A stretch of 64,000 nt of DNA from Amoebophrya sp. A120 (Eukaryota; Protista; Dinoflagellata): NCBI GenBank assembly GCA_905178155.1, contig CAJINV010000003.1, positions 10,726,298 to 10,790,297 on the forward strand. Direction: 5' to 3'. Positions 25,004 to 37,552 of the stretch are shown in pieces (the stretch's first letter is position 1; the number at the start of each line of letters is the position of its first letter). The notes under the pieces were generated by a model. That model saw nothing but the letters and a program-made list of their open reading frames with translations, did not search any database and was not told where the DNA came from. The translations under genes and the position numbers were made by a program.

Positions 25004-26745
25004 TTAGAAAATATTGTGCTTCGCATCTTCTCCTGCGTTGCGTCTCGACTTCTTCTTCCATTGTCCATCCGCTCCTTCGCTCTTGTACTGCTTTATCTGC
25101 TCGAAACCTACACGAAAAACACTCTCATCTTCCCCGTTAGTATTATCGCACGAAGTGCGTTGAAAAACGTACTCATTCCCTCGCAGAAGTGACTTTCCGC
25201 TCTTCTTCCTGCAAATGCAACAAATGCGAACGGTAGTACGCTTGTTTGAGCTATAAACTAGTACATAAGCAAAAACAAAAGCAAAAAAAAGCACCGACCT
25301 AATGCTCGACCCTTTTCACTCGATGCACACGCCCGTTCTTGCGACACGAAAACAGAAAAGTAAGAACACTTCGATGGAAAAAACGCCTCAGAGTTTCATC
25401 CGGATTTTTGCTGTTTTCGGCAGCGGTCCCGAACTACTTCGAGTTCGCCTTCGCATTCATTAGATTTCTCATCCTTGGCGGTGCTTGTACATCTAAGATG
25501 AATGCTTCCCAGGGTAGTCAGATTGACGTTGCTAAACACTTACACTCGGGCAAAAACTTACAATTCGACTTTGCATTTTCTTTCTCATCAGCTACTGTTG
25601 CACACGACCACGTGCAAAACACTCTTCTCAAGGCCTTCGCCCGCGTTTTGACTGCGATAGATGCGACACGAAGACATTCGTCGTAGCGGCGGTCGTCCTG
25701 CTTTGGTTTTGTGAAAGAAGGAAAAAAGCATCAGACTTATATTGTCAGTTCGTGGGTATCCCACTTGCCTAGACGCTTGATGCGTCCGAGCTTAGTAGGG
25801 AAGTCGTACGCTTTCTCATCACGTGGTGCACTAAAATTGCATTACTTTTTTCGGAGGCAAGATGGCAGTTTTCTATTTGCATTTGACCTAAACACTTTGC
25901 AACTACAGACCAAAAAGAATATACGAAGCAGCGCAGCTACTTCGTGTGTAGCTAGCTTTCAATCATTAGTATCATATTTTTCGTCGATATGTTCCTCCGA
26001 TTCCGATGACCATACCTGCGTCTCCGTTATGCATCGCCGGCTCCGCAACGACTCCGATGGCTGTTCCTGGATGCAGTACGACGCGATCGGGTGTAGTTCA
26101 AGACGATCTTCTGGAAACGACGGCTTTCGGTGCGGCCGCTTTATGCCCGTGGTTAATCATGAGACGACTATCGAAAAGACTTAGACAACATGCAAAAGCG
26201 CATGACAACAACATTTTTTTTGACATGCGACCCAACTATTGCGACCACGTGCTCCAAAAAGGTTGCGGAGCTGGCAGTACTAATCACTTTGCTTTTTCTT
26301 GTTTAAATATAATGTCGCAATCGAGTCACGAGATGCATGGAGAACGCGATGCACTTAGTGCCACCTGTTTCGCATGCACGTCACCTCTTGGGTTGTCTAG
26401 TTTAGTTATCGATAGTTGTCTCCATTTTTTTTTTGATACAATCCAATCCGGGGCGCCCGGCTTGCACACTCGGTGGTCGCTGCTAGCGGTCCCCGATGTC
26501 GGCGTTGAACACACACGAAGAAAACACGACGATACGACCTCGAAATAGCTAGGAGATGCGCGGACGAACACAAGCATCATCATCGGCATAGCATGGGGGA
26601 GAACACTAGCACGAAAAAGTGCGGACGGCCATGCCGTCGCTGTCGAGTCCATATTGTGATGCGGATCGACAGATTCTGCATCACAAATCCTATCTATTTT
26701 ACTTCGAAAACGCATTATAATACTTAACGACCGCGACTGCTGCAT
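25004..26745 (-). CDS. Possible multi-exon hypothetical or decayed gene
   Basis: Short open blocks (26326-26745, ~25970-26155, 25004-25230) alternate with intron-like sequence. No coherent model built. Confidence 0.3.
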
Positions 26746-26979
26746 TTGCGGAACACACTGACCACCAAAACCTTAACAGGGGCGGAAGCGACGACTTCGG
26801 AACACAAAAAGGATGACTTTTTGTTTGAAAATTTTCAAAATTGTGAAAATTTAGGTCCTTCCAAGGGATCGATCGACGACCAAACAGAGGCGGCCGTCGA
26901 CGGATCTTAAACTAAAGAAATCCGGCAGAAAATGGGACGAAAATGATCATCCACCGCGCCGGTCCCAATCAACAGCGTG

Positions 26980-28837
26980 ATGGAAATCACCAAAGCGAAA
27001 GTTGGTGGCCCATCTAAGGCCGAGAAGGAGCTCGTCCGCGCCGCCCTGGATGAGATGGATGAGGCCGACCTGGCGGATGAAGAAGGATTCGTCTTGCTCT
27101 CGGAATTAGGCAAACAGGCCTTCCCCGGGACCATCGCCCGTATATCTTGTTTGTTTATCTGTGATGCTATATTCATGATTTTTTGATGATGATTCATAGT
27201 AATAGTTTGATACTGTGCGCGCACGTGTTGCTTCAGCTTGAGCATACAGACTGCGAGTAAAAAGCTCGTTTGTGATGCATGAAAACAGAAGCAGTCTACG
27301 CTGCTTTTCTATGTTGATATAGATAAGGAGAGCATTGAAGTGCCGCAGCATCTTCATCGTCATGCTATCGCGATACTGTATGCTCTATGACGAAGCAATA
27401 AACACGTGCGCAGATACATCTTCCAGCTCATCATCACACGCAAACGAATCGTCATCATCTTCATCGTCCAGGCTACTCCGACATCCCCATCGAGATGGCC
27501 CAAGTGATTTTGTCGACTCTGTGCCGGAAGAACGTGCTGTGGGTCGCGCGGTGCGTGTACACCACCAACCAGCTCCACTTCGTGTTGACCAAGATGCGGA
27601 TCCCGGTCGCGTTGGTAGCTGATTTTTGTATTTAGTTACGGTGTATGTGTTTTCAGCATGCAACTCATCTTGCGATTAGGTCCTAGCAAAACAGATGATT
27701 AGAGATTCCACAAATGCGCATGCTCGTCACATCCACTTTTGCATCTTCGTCATAATTATTGCGTCAAAAATAATACCAGATCATCGCCAAGGACAGCAAG
27801 TGCAAGCTCCGCAACTTGCAGCAGACCACCCGGAACCTGACGCACGCGGGTTCGCACAGCACCTGGTCCATCGTGGTGGAGCATTGCCCGGAACCCTCGA
27901 AGTGCATGTTGACGGACGTGGCGAAGAGCGTGTCGCAGGCGGAGCGCCAGGGCATGCCGACCCCGGGCATGTTCAACCCGTTTGGGATGACGCCGCAGTT
28001 CTCGCAGTTTGGAGTGACCCCCTCTGGCATGATGGGTATGACCCCGCACCCGCACGGCTTCGGCCCGATGAACATGCCCTCCAATGGTGGCGGTTTTGGG
28101 TCCTTCCAGATGACCCCCGGCCCGAGCGGAGCGGTATAATGATTTAGCACCTGTTATTAGATTTTTTTGAACATGCATATTTGTACGAGTGCGAAGATCT
28201 CGTGCGAGAAATTCTTTTGGAGCAAACAACTATCATCTCATCACAGGTGATGTTCGGGAACCCCATGGCGATGCAGTCGATGATGCCGCCGGCGATGCCG
28301 AACCAGGCCAACGCCGGTTCGTCCACCACCAACGTCACCAACATCGGAGTCAACGCGTCCGCCATGCGTGATTTCCACAAGAAGAACATCACGACCCCCG
28401 GTGGTCCGTGCTTGCCCACGGTGTTGGAGTTCCAGGACCCCGTGGACCCCGAGAAGAAGCACTCCTTGTCCATCCGCGACACGGACAAGAAGAAGTCCGG
28501 CAAGACCCCCGAGGAGAAGTGCAGCGACATGGTGTCCTCTGTGTTCAAGGACGATTTGGGCTCCTTTTTTGCCGGGAGCCTGTGGGAAGAGGACAAGCGC
28601 GTCTTGGACGAGATCAAAGCTGAGAACGACCGCTTGGACGCGGAACTGGAGAAGCAAAAGGTCGCCGAAGAAAAAGAAAAGGCGAAGAAGGAGAAAGCCG
28701 CCGCCAAGAAGGCGAAGGACGCCTCCAAAACAGCCGCTGACAAGAAAAACAAGCGTAAGTCTGGTTCCTCGTCCGGCAAGGCCCCGGTCATGAAAAAGAT
28801 GTCCAAGGCGAAGCCGACCCCGAAGAAGAAGAAGTGA
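26980..28837 (+). CDS. Multi-exon hypothetical protein with M/P/G-rich middle and Lys-rich basic tail (transposon cargo)
   Basis: Exons ~26980-27138, ~27472-27615, ~27780-28133 and 28248-28837. The last intron is GT-AG and in frame (GPSGA-VMFGNP). C-terminus KAPVMKKMSKAKPTPKKKK*. Confidence 0.75.
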
Positions 28838-28912
28838 AGAGAGCCGCCATGTCGTGTTTGTTGAAAAAAATCGAGAATTCAGATATGTTTCAGTGGTTCT
28901 ACCTGATTGCGC

Positions 28913-29059
28913 GACATGTAAACCCGCAGTGTGCCGTCGTGAGTAATGTTGTACTGCATGGCGTGACGCATGATCCCGTTTGTATTAGAAAAAAGGACGC
29001 CTCATAGCGTCGAGGGTGACATTACCCACCACGGTACTACTGCTGGTTTACACGTCATA
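28913..29059. mobile_element. Small foldback/MITE-like element in intergenic DNA
   Basis: Imperfect ~37-bp inverted repeats at 28913-28949 and 29019-29059; the right end terminates in TCATA like the introners. Confidence 0.6.
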
Positions 29060-29709
29060 ACACCACTAGTGTATTGTGTATCATTTATAGGTAGTTCCAC
29101 TTATGATGAAGTTTCACAAAATAAAAAATATATTAGAAATTTGAATTAAAAGTAATTCCATATTTTGCGCTGTCTTTGTCGGTTGCCGACAGGGCAGCAC
29201 GTATACTACTTACTGCACAGAAATGAAAGTAGATGCTATTGATTAATCGACTTCGGCCTTGTAATAAGTCAATACCTTCTGCAGCCTCACCGTGAATTTA
29301 GCAGCTGGTAGGTCGCGCCAGCTGCCGCACTTCTAGGCGATCAACTATGTTTTCGTGAAGCGGGGAAAATACTGCTGCAGAAATTCGCACTGGACAATCC
29401 GCACAATAGCTTCACACCGAAGCCTGAGATGATTGACAGTTGAGATTCTGAATCATGTGATGAGAAAAAATAAAAAAGCAAGTCTGTTGCTCGTGCCACT
29501 AAATCTGTTGTTGAGGAGGTGTTCGCAGTTGTGTTTGCTGCTGATTTTCGGTTGATGAGATGCACGGTAGTTGAGATGTAGAAGTGGAAGAAGAGACGCG
29601 CGTTGATCGTCGCAAATGTCGTCTCGTTTCGTACATGGTGCCAGGTCCCCGCGCTACCCTGAGTCTTTGTGTTTTGTATAGACGACTACTGTAATACGAC
29701 AATTATGGA

Positions 29710-32700
29710 GTGACGCAGTTCAATAATATGAATCCACCCGCGGCTCCGCCCGTGTACCGCGCGGCAGGAGCGTTTGAGAGACGTCCGGAGGACATACCGA
29801 TGCAGATACCTGCTGCGCATCTTCCCAATATTCCTGCCGTCCTCAAACCCGCGGCTACATTGTACACGGAAACTCCGATCCAGGGCGAGGAGTTTGGCAT
29901 ACCAATGCAAAAAATCACACATCCGCTCACGTGTAGACATTTCGTTTTGTATCATGAAGAAAAAACAACATCTATCTCGCGTTCCGCATGATAGTTTGCG
30001 CGCAAAACTCCTAAAGACATATTCTTGCGGCTCTGCCACCTTTCCTTGGGCCGCGCGAATGCAAGAATTCATGCGCGCTACCACATACACTAACAATCTG
30101 AGAAGCTGATGCTGTTTGCCCATCTACACGTGAAGGATGTGTGAGGTTTTGCGTTTGATATGTGTCTGACGAAGACTACGAATACGACAGCGAGGAGGAG
30201 CCGTGGACGGAAGATTTACCAGCCGGCAAAATCAAATCCAGTCGCGCAACCCGATGGGACAAGCCGTTTCGGTCCGAGCACAGTGGCCGCCCCGTCTACA
30301 AACTCAAGAGCATGGGTATGAGAGTGAAGATGTGGATTGCTTGCGTTTACGGCTACAAGGATACAAAACGCATATATATATATATATAGCGCATTTGAAT
30401 TTGTAACGCAGGACTGCATGAGATCAGCTGCAGATAAGCAGTAGTCGTGCTTGGTTGTGGTCTACATCTTCGCCAAGTCATACAGCCACCCACGCCGGCC
30501 TCGTATTTCGATTGGTTGAAACGCATCGTGCCGAAGGACTTGTCCGAAAAGTGTGGGATCACTTGGGAACCGTCCCCCGAAGGCGATGAGTGGGATGTGG
30601 TATCGTGAATTTTGTGATGCGCGATTCACACGCAGAAATGACATTTGTGATGCAAAAAAATATACTTGGACATCATATCTCCACATGCCTCCTCAGGTAA
30701 TGTGCTATCTCTGGTGGCGGGTGACCCAGAGCGCGAATATGGTGCTCGCTAAATTCGGAACCTGCGCACTTCGAGACGAATTGTACAGCCTCAACCCGAA
30801 CAACTTGTTTCTCTGCACGGAAGCCATCCGGAAGAAGTCGGAGGAGATGCTGGGACGGCAGGGTGCGGACGATGCCAGATTGCGAAGCCAGGCACTTATG
30901 CATAGTTTTAACATTGACCATGCCGTCGCGAGTAAGGTTATACTGCATGGGTGTACGGGAACAAAAAAAGCACAAGTAGTACCATCGTGAGTAATGTTTT
31001 GCTGCATGGCATGCTTACGAGAAAGTACATGGGTCGCAGTGCCGTCGTGTGTAACTTTATCCACGAGGAGAGCATAAGCATCAAAGCTCCAGGCTTTCGC
31101 ACTGCGGAGATACCAGGAATTCGTCATCATGAGCCGCGCGTTTGCTTGTGATGCCGATAGGGATAAAGAATGCTCCTTGCTTGCCGGGATTTGGCCGGAG
31201 TTGTCCTTCGGCAGCTTGGACTCGGCGGCTTGCCAGATCGCGGACTCGAGTACCGTGAGGAAAAACGGGGCGTGGGGCTCTCACGTATAGCACTTGCTGC
31301 CGTCGTGAATAATGTCTTGCACGATGGTACTGATTTAGATGAACTTGTCATGCATTTTGAGTCCATAGCCACGTCGTGCATAAAGTTACGCTGCATGCTA
31401 CTACAATGCAACTACTCTCCCAATACAAACACCAGTTCACCTACAGCGATTACGTCGACCCGAAAACAATGGAAAACCACTTGCCGCCGAGTCACCCGAT
31501 CTCTGAGGAGTTGCAGTTGCAGCCGAACCCGTTTCAGGTTGGTGGGCTATCCCGGCTCACCAGCCGAGTCCCCGGCACGAAGTCGCAGTACGTCGGGATG
31601 TTGAGCCTCTCGATGTGGATGAACTGCTTCGGCGAAGCGGTGATCAAGGAGCGATTCTGCGACAAGGGAAAACCGTGGCGCGAGATGAACTTGGACTACC
31701 TCCGGCGCACAAAGTCCGACGGTATCCGGTCGCTCATGGAGTTTTGCATCAAGTCGGATCAAGGGTCATCCGAATTGCGGTACAGCCAAAGCCAGATTTT
31801 GTTTCTCCCCGGCGCCTACTTCGACGGCGATCTGCATCGCGGTAGTAATGACGTCAAGGATTGTTGTCCGGAATTGAAAACCGCGAGGGACCTCTGGGAC
31901 ACCTGGGCGACCGGGCCGTGCAGGACTGCGCAGAACCAGGCGGAGTTTCTGTTCGCGAAAGAAGAACTGAAGGAAAAAGTCAACAAAGATCCCGAAGCGT
32001 CTGCTGGTAGGAAAAAGTGGCGGAGTCAGCTGCTGAAGGAGCAGAACTGCGTCAAAATGGAGGACGCCTTGGCGAAAAGTATATTCTGTGTTGTTTGGCG
32101 ATTTGTGATGCAAAGTCTCAGTGTAACTTTTCAATGAAATAGCCGGCGGTTACCCTCCGGTATAGGGGGGGGGTCAAGTGACCCCCTCCAGATCGATCAT
32201 ACCATGCAGGATAGCTTCAAGTAGTGTGTTTATAGACAGGGGGTTATAGGGGGGGGTCTGGCCCCCCTCTGAGAGGGTGTCCAGATGAGTCATTTTTGCA
32301 TGACAAATAACAAGCAACTCCAACCTGCAAACAACACAGAATTCAACTTCTTTCACGCGTCGCAGTCCCGATTCCATGGCGATTCGGAGTGGCGGAGCAT
32401 GATCCAGAAGTGCTACTACCTCGTGCTGTGCACGCTCTCCGCGATCATCGATAAGCAGAAGATCCACGGCCGCACTATGAAACTGATAATAGCCCGGCTT
32501 CGAGAAGTTTTGATGTAGTGCATTTCGTGCTTGATGAGCATAGTATTTGCATTACAAATTCTACAACGAAACTCTTCGAAATCGGGCTCATTTTCAAAGG
32601 ATATTTGAATTCATCAAAAGCGACGAAATCGAGAAGATTATGGAGGAAAACGGCTCCGAGTTGCTGCAGGCGAGGGATTTGTCGAAGGAGGAGCTGAAAC

Positions 32701-35549
32701 TCAAGCCGAAGTGGCTGGGCTACCACACCGAGCTCTACAAAGAGCTGACGGATTTCCACTACAAGTTGTTCAAGGTGCAGGAGCGGGTTGTTGCCGGGCA
32801 CTACTTCCATCATCTGTTGCTCCTCCACTTGGAAAAAAGTGGCCGCTTCCGCGCCAACGTCGACTCGTCGACGCTGCTGAACTGCTACCAGCGGTACGTG
32901 GATCCGACTGCAGTGCGGGGTCAAGTGCTGGCCACCACAGCAATCCAGGAGGCGCGGTCGAAAAACCGCAATAGAACCTGGCGGAATCTGACGTCGGATT
33001 TCTGCAAGGCCAGCAATGTCACTACGGACCACGAAGGCCCATCTTTCCGCTGCTTGCAGAAGTGCGTCAACGTGTGGTGGTATCAGACGGGCGACCCGCA
33101 GTACGGCCTGTTCGAATCGTACGCGAGCGGCAGCTTGAACCTGACCAAGGACATGATGGAGAATTTGGGCGATTACTACGTGTGCGATTTGTCGGTCAGT
33201 GCGAAGTACAACATCAAGGCCATCGTGGATCTGCCACCGGAGGAAGCCAAGCAGCTGATCGGGGAATGGGCCGGTCGCATCATCCGCTGTATCCCGCTGA
33301 CCGAATACATATGATTTTGCAAATCTGTCATGCTAAATGCGTGCTATTGCGCAGGGGATGAGATCAGCTGCTAGGGCAAGCCGCCTCCTGTTTGCATATG
33401 GAAATCATGCTGAAACTATTAGCATCACGCGACGATATAGAAGCCTGGCTTCGCAGTATTTGCATGACAAACTCGCCAGTGAAAAACTTGTGATGCAAAA
33501 CGCCGATCAGGAAGTTCTTCTCTTTTGTCGCAATAGCATGCAAGTATCATGATGGGAGTTTGCTTTTCATAGCGTATCCAGGAAAACCAGTTTCGGGAGC
33601 AAAAATTAACCCAGGGCCAACGACAGCGGGCGGGCCGGCACTTGATCTCCAAGCAGATCGACAAAGTCCGGCACTCCAACGATCAGCCCCGCATGTATCC
33701 GCCAAACCGGGTGAAGAATTGCAAGGACTTGCACATTCTGACGCCGCGCGAATTCAGTGAAATCCTGAAGCTGATTGTCCGCCGCAAAAAACCCGTGCCC
33801 CTCCCGCAGGACTTGAAGATGTTGCTGTTCTCCAACCACGAAAAGCGGGCGCGTGGAAAAGATCGCGGTCCGGAAATCACGAAGGCCTTCCAGGGGTTGA
33901 AGTTCATGGCGCAGATGGCTTGGCAGAACTACAACAAATTGCCGCAGGAAGTGAAGACCATTTTGGACCACGCCCTCAGTCAGGAGTTCGCTTCTACTCC
34001 GGCAAACAGGCTGGGGCTCCGGGGCGTGCAGGCGGTGTCCATCATGAACACGAAAACCAAGTCGAAGACGCAGATTAAGGCGAAGGCGGTTTTGGGAGCT
34101 CGATTCGCTGACGACCGCGCCTGGGATCTGCAGCTTGCCAACGCCGAGAGTCTGTGGCTCGTCGGCTGCCCCAAAGATGAAGATGAGAAAACCGCAGATC
34201 GCGTCCGCATCACGGCGCACGATAACGGGTGGGCGCAGGGATTGTACTTGGTGCGGGTCGGTCCGAAGATTTTCCGCATGCCTACTTCCGACGAGGAAGT
34301 GCGGAAGTACGGCGGCATGGTCACGGATCTGAAGATTTACGAGGGCACCGCGAAGCGCAAGTCCACCAATACATCTGCTGCCCCGTATTTCCACCTCAGT
34401 GGCCAGCTGTGGGCGCATCCCAACGACTGGATGCCCATCATGTGCCCGTCTATTCCGGATGAATTGCAGCTGGCGCTGTTGCAGCCCATCCAGAAGTCGT
34501 TCCCCCAGATCACGGGCGAGCACCTGCAGCTGCTGGACGAGTACAACAAGGCTTCTCTTTTCGAAATGATTGAAAGCGATATCATACTAAAAACCTTTCG
34601 CTCTGGATAAGTTTCTCTGTGTTTTATCTTTTCGCCATCATCTAATCTGTCATGCGAATGTTTTCAATACAAAAGCAAACATATTTGAGTGCGTAAATCA
34701 ATCCAGGGTGAATGATTTTTAGCTTTGATATCGGGAGTGAAATTCGATGAGGAATTTGCAGCGCGGATCATCCTCATCACCACCGAAGAACAAGAGGAAG
34801 AAATGCCGACTGCCAGTTTGCTCGCTCCAAAGCCGAAGAAGAAAGCGGCCGGGAAGAAGGTTCTGTTTCAGCAGGAAGTCCTCGGTCGGCCGTTCGGCCG
34901 CAGCTCTCCCATGAAGGACGGAATCACCCGCCACGCCGCCATCTACCGGCACAGTGTTGTTTCGACCATCCACGAGCCGGAGAAGGAGTATTGCGCCATC
35001 GCCTCCCACCGCGTCGATGGCGGTGAAAAAGAGGACAGAATCAGGATCCGGTGGAGTAACAATTACGTGCCTACGTTTGTGAAATATGCGCCGTCGACGA
35101 AAGCAACCGGCGATGTGCAGACCAATGTAGTCACGGAGTTACTTCCTTTCGTGATCTGCGAGTTTTCGCTGCAGCGCGACCAATTCGAATTGCGCCGCAT
35201 TGATGAAGGAGCGGGTATTCTCCTGAACTGCGCCATCCCGATTCTCGACTCCGCCTTCACCACGGCCGAAAACACTGATAAGATGCGAGCGGCTATTGCT
35301 GCCAAAAAGGCGGAGATCGAAAAGGAGCAGCAGGAACTGGAGGCGCAGCTCTTGGAGGAAGAGAAACCGATGGACATCCTCGATGAGCTGCCGGGTGATG
35401 AAGGGTTTCTCGAAGCCTATGGCGCGCGGAACAAGAACCAGTCAAGCACAACCAACAAGCGACCGCAGTCCCTCCTTGAGCAAACTTCTTCCAATGGTAA
35501 CAAAGCAGCCGGTAGCTCGTCTTCTTCTTCCAAGCTACAGAAAAGGTGA
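29710..35549 (+). CDS. Large multi-exon protein (~1500 aa), possibly a second highly divergent hAT-like transposase
   Basis: About 11 exons, most of which join in frame after removing TAT..ATA or GT-AG introns. The spliced junction 33310/33576 gives IPLTE(Y)IQENQFR, which has the spacing of the hAT PxTSxxxERxFS motif. Upstream GDEW, GADDA and CNFIH motifs are weak. An HMG-like segment follows (MAQMAWQNYNKLPQEVK). The gene is well supported; the family call is tentative. Confidence 0.6.
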
Positions 35550-36149
35550 TGATTTGAACCTGACCAAAGTTGTGCTGTCAATATTTCGTTTAATTAATAT
35601 TAGAAAGTGCGCGGGGACTTGAGTCGTGAAACAATATTTTTATTACACAGACTGCGGAAGTCTTACAGGTTCGATTTTATAAAATCAAAATATAATACTA
35701 CATCAGTTTATTACTGTTGATGCTTTTCCAGCAACACAGAATCCAAAAGCTGCTTGTTGTAGCAGCAACAAGCATTGAAAAATATATACAACCAAAGATG
35801 TTGAATTTAGAAAATACCCGTAGGATTAGCTGCAGCGAGATGACGGCTTCTCCGCTGCATATTTTTAGGAAACTACCTCGACTGCACACGTATAAATGAT
35901 AATATGAAATCTTCTCAGGTCAATTTGAAAGAGCTCTATTTGTTTCATGAAAGCCCAACTACCGATAAGAAAAAAGCAGCAAAAAATCAAAAAAATTAAA
36001 CACAGCGCTTGAGCTCCATTTTCAATGCATTTTTGTGCCAACAAATCCGAAAATCAAAAATGACAAAGCTGCAACGTGGAGAGCCGGCGCGTGTTGTTCG
36101 GTGTGGTTTTCTAGAAGATGGAAAAGTCGTCGCTTGTCTCCGTGAAAAT

Positions 36150-37552
36150 TTATTGTGGTTGTTGTGTCGACGAAGAAGAGGATGATTGTGATTCCTGGTT
36201 TTTGTCGTGTTGAAGGATCTGCTGCAGCCTGGTAGAAAAAGTACTTTCCAGATCCGCGCGCACGTAGAATTGTTCCAGTCGTCCATTTGGTCGCGGGCGC
36301 TTCACCCCGGGCGCATGAGGGAAGATGTCGAGGGTCTTCTTGCCGTTGCTGTTTGTCATGCACTAATTCGCATTCATGGTTCTTAGTGGCACAAGCACTA
36401 CGTAAAGCATAAACCTAACATCACAAACAAGATGGCGCGGAGCTACTTCGTCTTACCTGCTGTCGCTGGCCACAATGCCTGCTTCTTGCAGGACCTGCCG
36501 TGGCACCAAAGCGCTGCCATGCAATTCCCCGAATGAGCCCGCACCAAGATGGCGCCTGCTGTGCAGCAGCAAATAGTCGAAGTCATTCTCCCCGTATGCT
36601 CGTCCGGAAGACCTGGTTATTGAACGAGAGTCATTTGATGTGCTTTGGCTTATTGGCAGGTGTCGCGCTTGCACGCCAGCGGAGAATATACGGAGAGAAC
36701 AAACGTCGTGCCTTTTCATCGAGCATCGAAGGCTCAGCGTTGTCCCCTTCTCCCGGCGCGGATACAAAGCCTTCTCCTGCACGCGAAGTTTTTGAGTAGG
36801 ATTGCCGCGCACGGAAAGAAGTCCGTCGACCTGCATGAACTCGTCGATGGGAGGCTCGTAGACCAGGTCGGTGTCGTGGATTTTGGTCAGGAAAAGCTCG
36901 CGTGCATTTTTCTCCACCAGCGTCTCCTGGCTATAGGCCTGGAGAATAGCCATCGGATTCAGATGCCGAATGGCCGCGTGTCCGCGCCAGATTTGTTGCA
37001 ATTTCGGCTTCAGGTTTTCCACCGTAACGCACCCGCTGGCGATATCGAATTTTTCGTAGTTTTTGACCCGGTGGACCGGCTCAATGAAGAAGCGGGATGT
37101 GTCACCAACTGCCAGGCCCAATATGAAAAACACAATTGGCAACACTAGTGCCCAGCATCACAATACGCATGACAAATAGGCACTGTTTCTTGACATATGT
37201 AGGCCCATGTATGAGTGATCGCGTCGCACATGCAAACGAAAATAAAAAAGCTAGCCACTAGTGCTGCCACTTGTGTTGGCATATCTACCAGGATCGTTCC
37301 GTGCAACCGGTCCCGCTCGTTGTTGAGGATAAAGCGCAACCGGCGATCGAAGTCATCGCTCCAGTTAAGAGTAGACTTCAGTTGTACTCCATTCCAATGG
37401 TCATCCTGCGCGTCTTCCAATGCTGCTGGACACAATCGAGCGAACATATCTGAAGTGGTTTCGAAGATAAGTTTAATTTGGAAGGAATCGGAGATGAGAT
37501 TAACAAATTCCCGCCGAGCCTTGCGCTCGATCTCCATCGGTTTCGTTCCCAT
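36150..37552 (-). CDS. Putative PD-(D/E)XK-fold nuclease/DNA-binding protein, MepB-like (3 exons)
   Basis: VDGLL...RVQEK (D..QxK) followed by YGENDFDYLLLH and GSALVPRQVLQEAGIVASDSSNGKKTLDIFP, which resembles the MepB family C-terminal pattern. The last intron is GT-AG and in frame; the first is bounded by a GCACTAGTG direct repeat. Confidence 0.6.

Noticed and set aside
25740-25800. RIKRLGKW on the - strand resembling the tyrosine recombinase LGRW motif
   Set aside because: No upstream R or HxxR motif and no properly spaced catalytic Tyr could be found.
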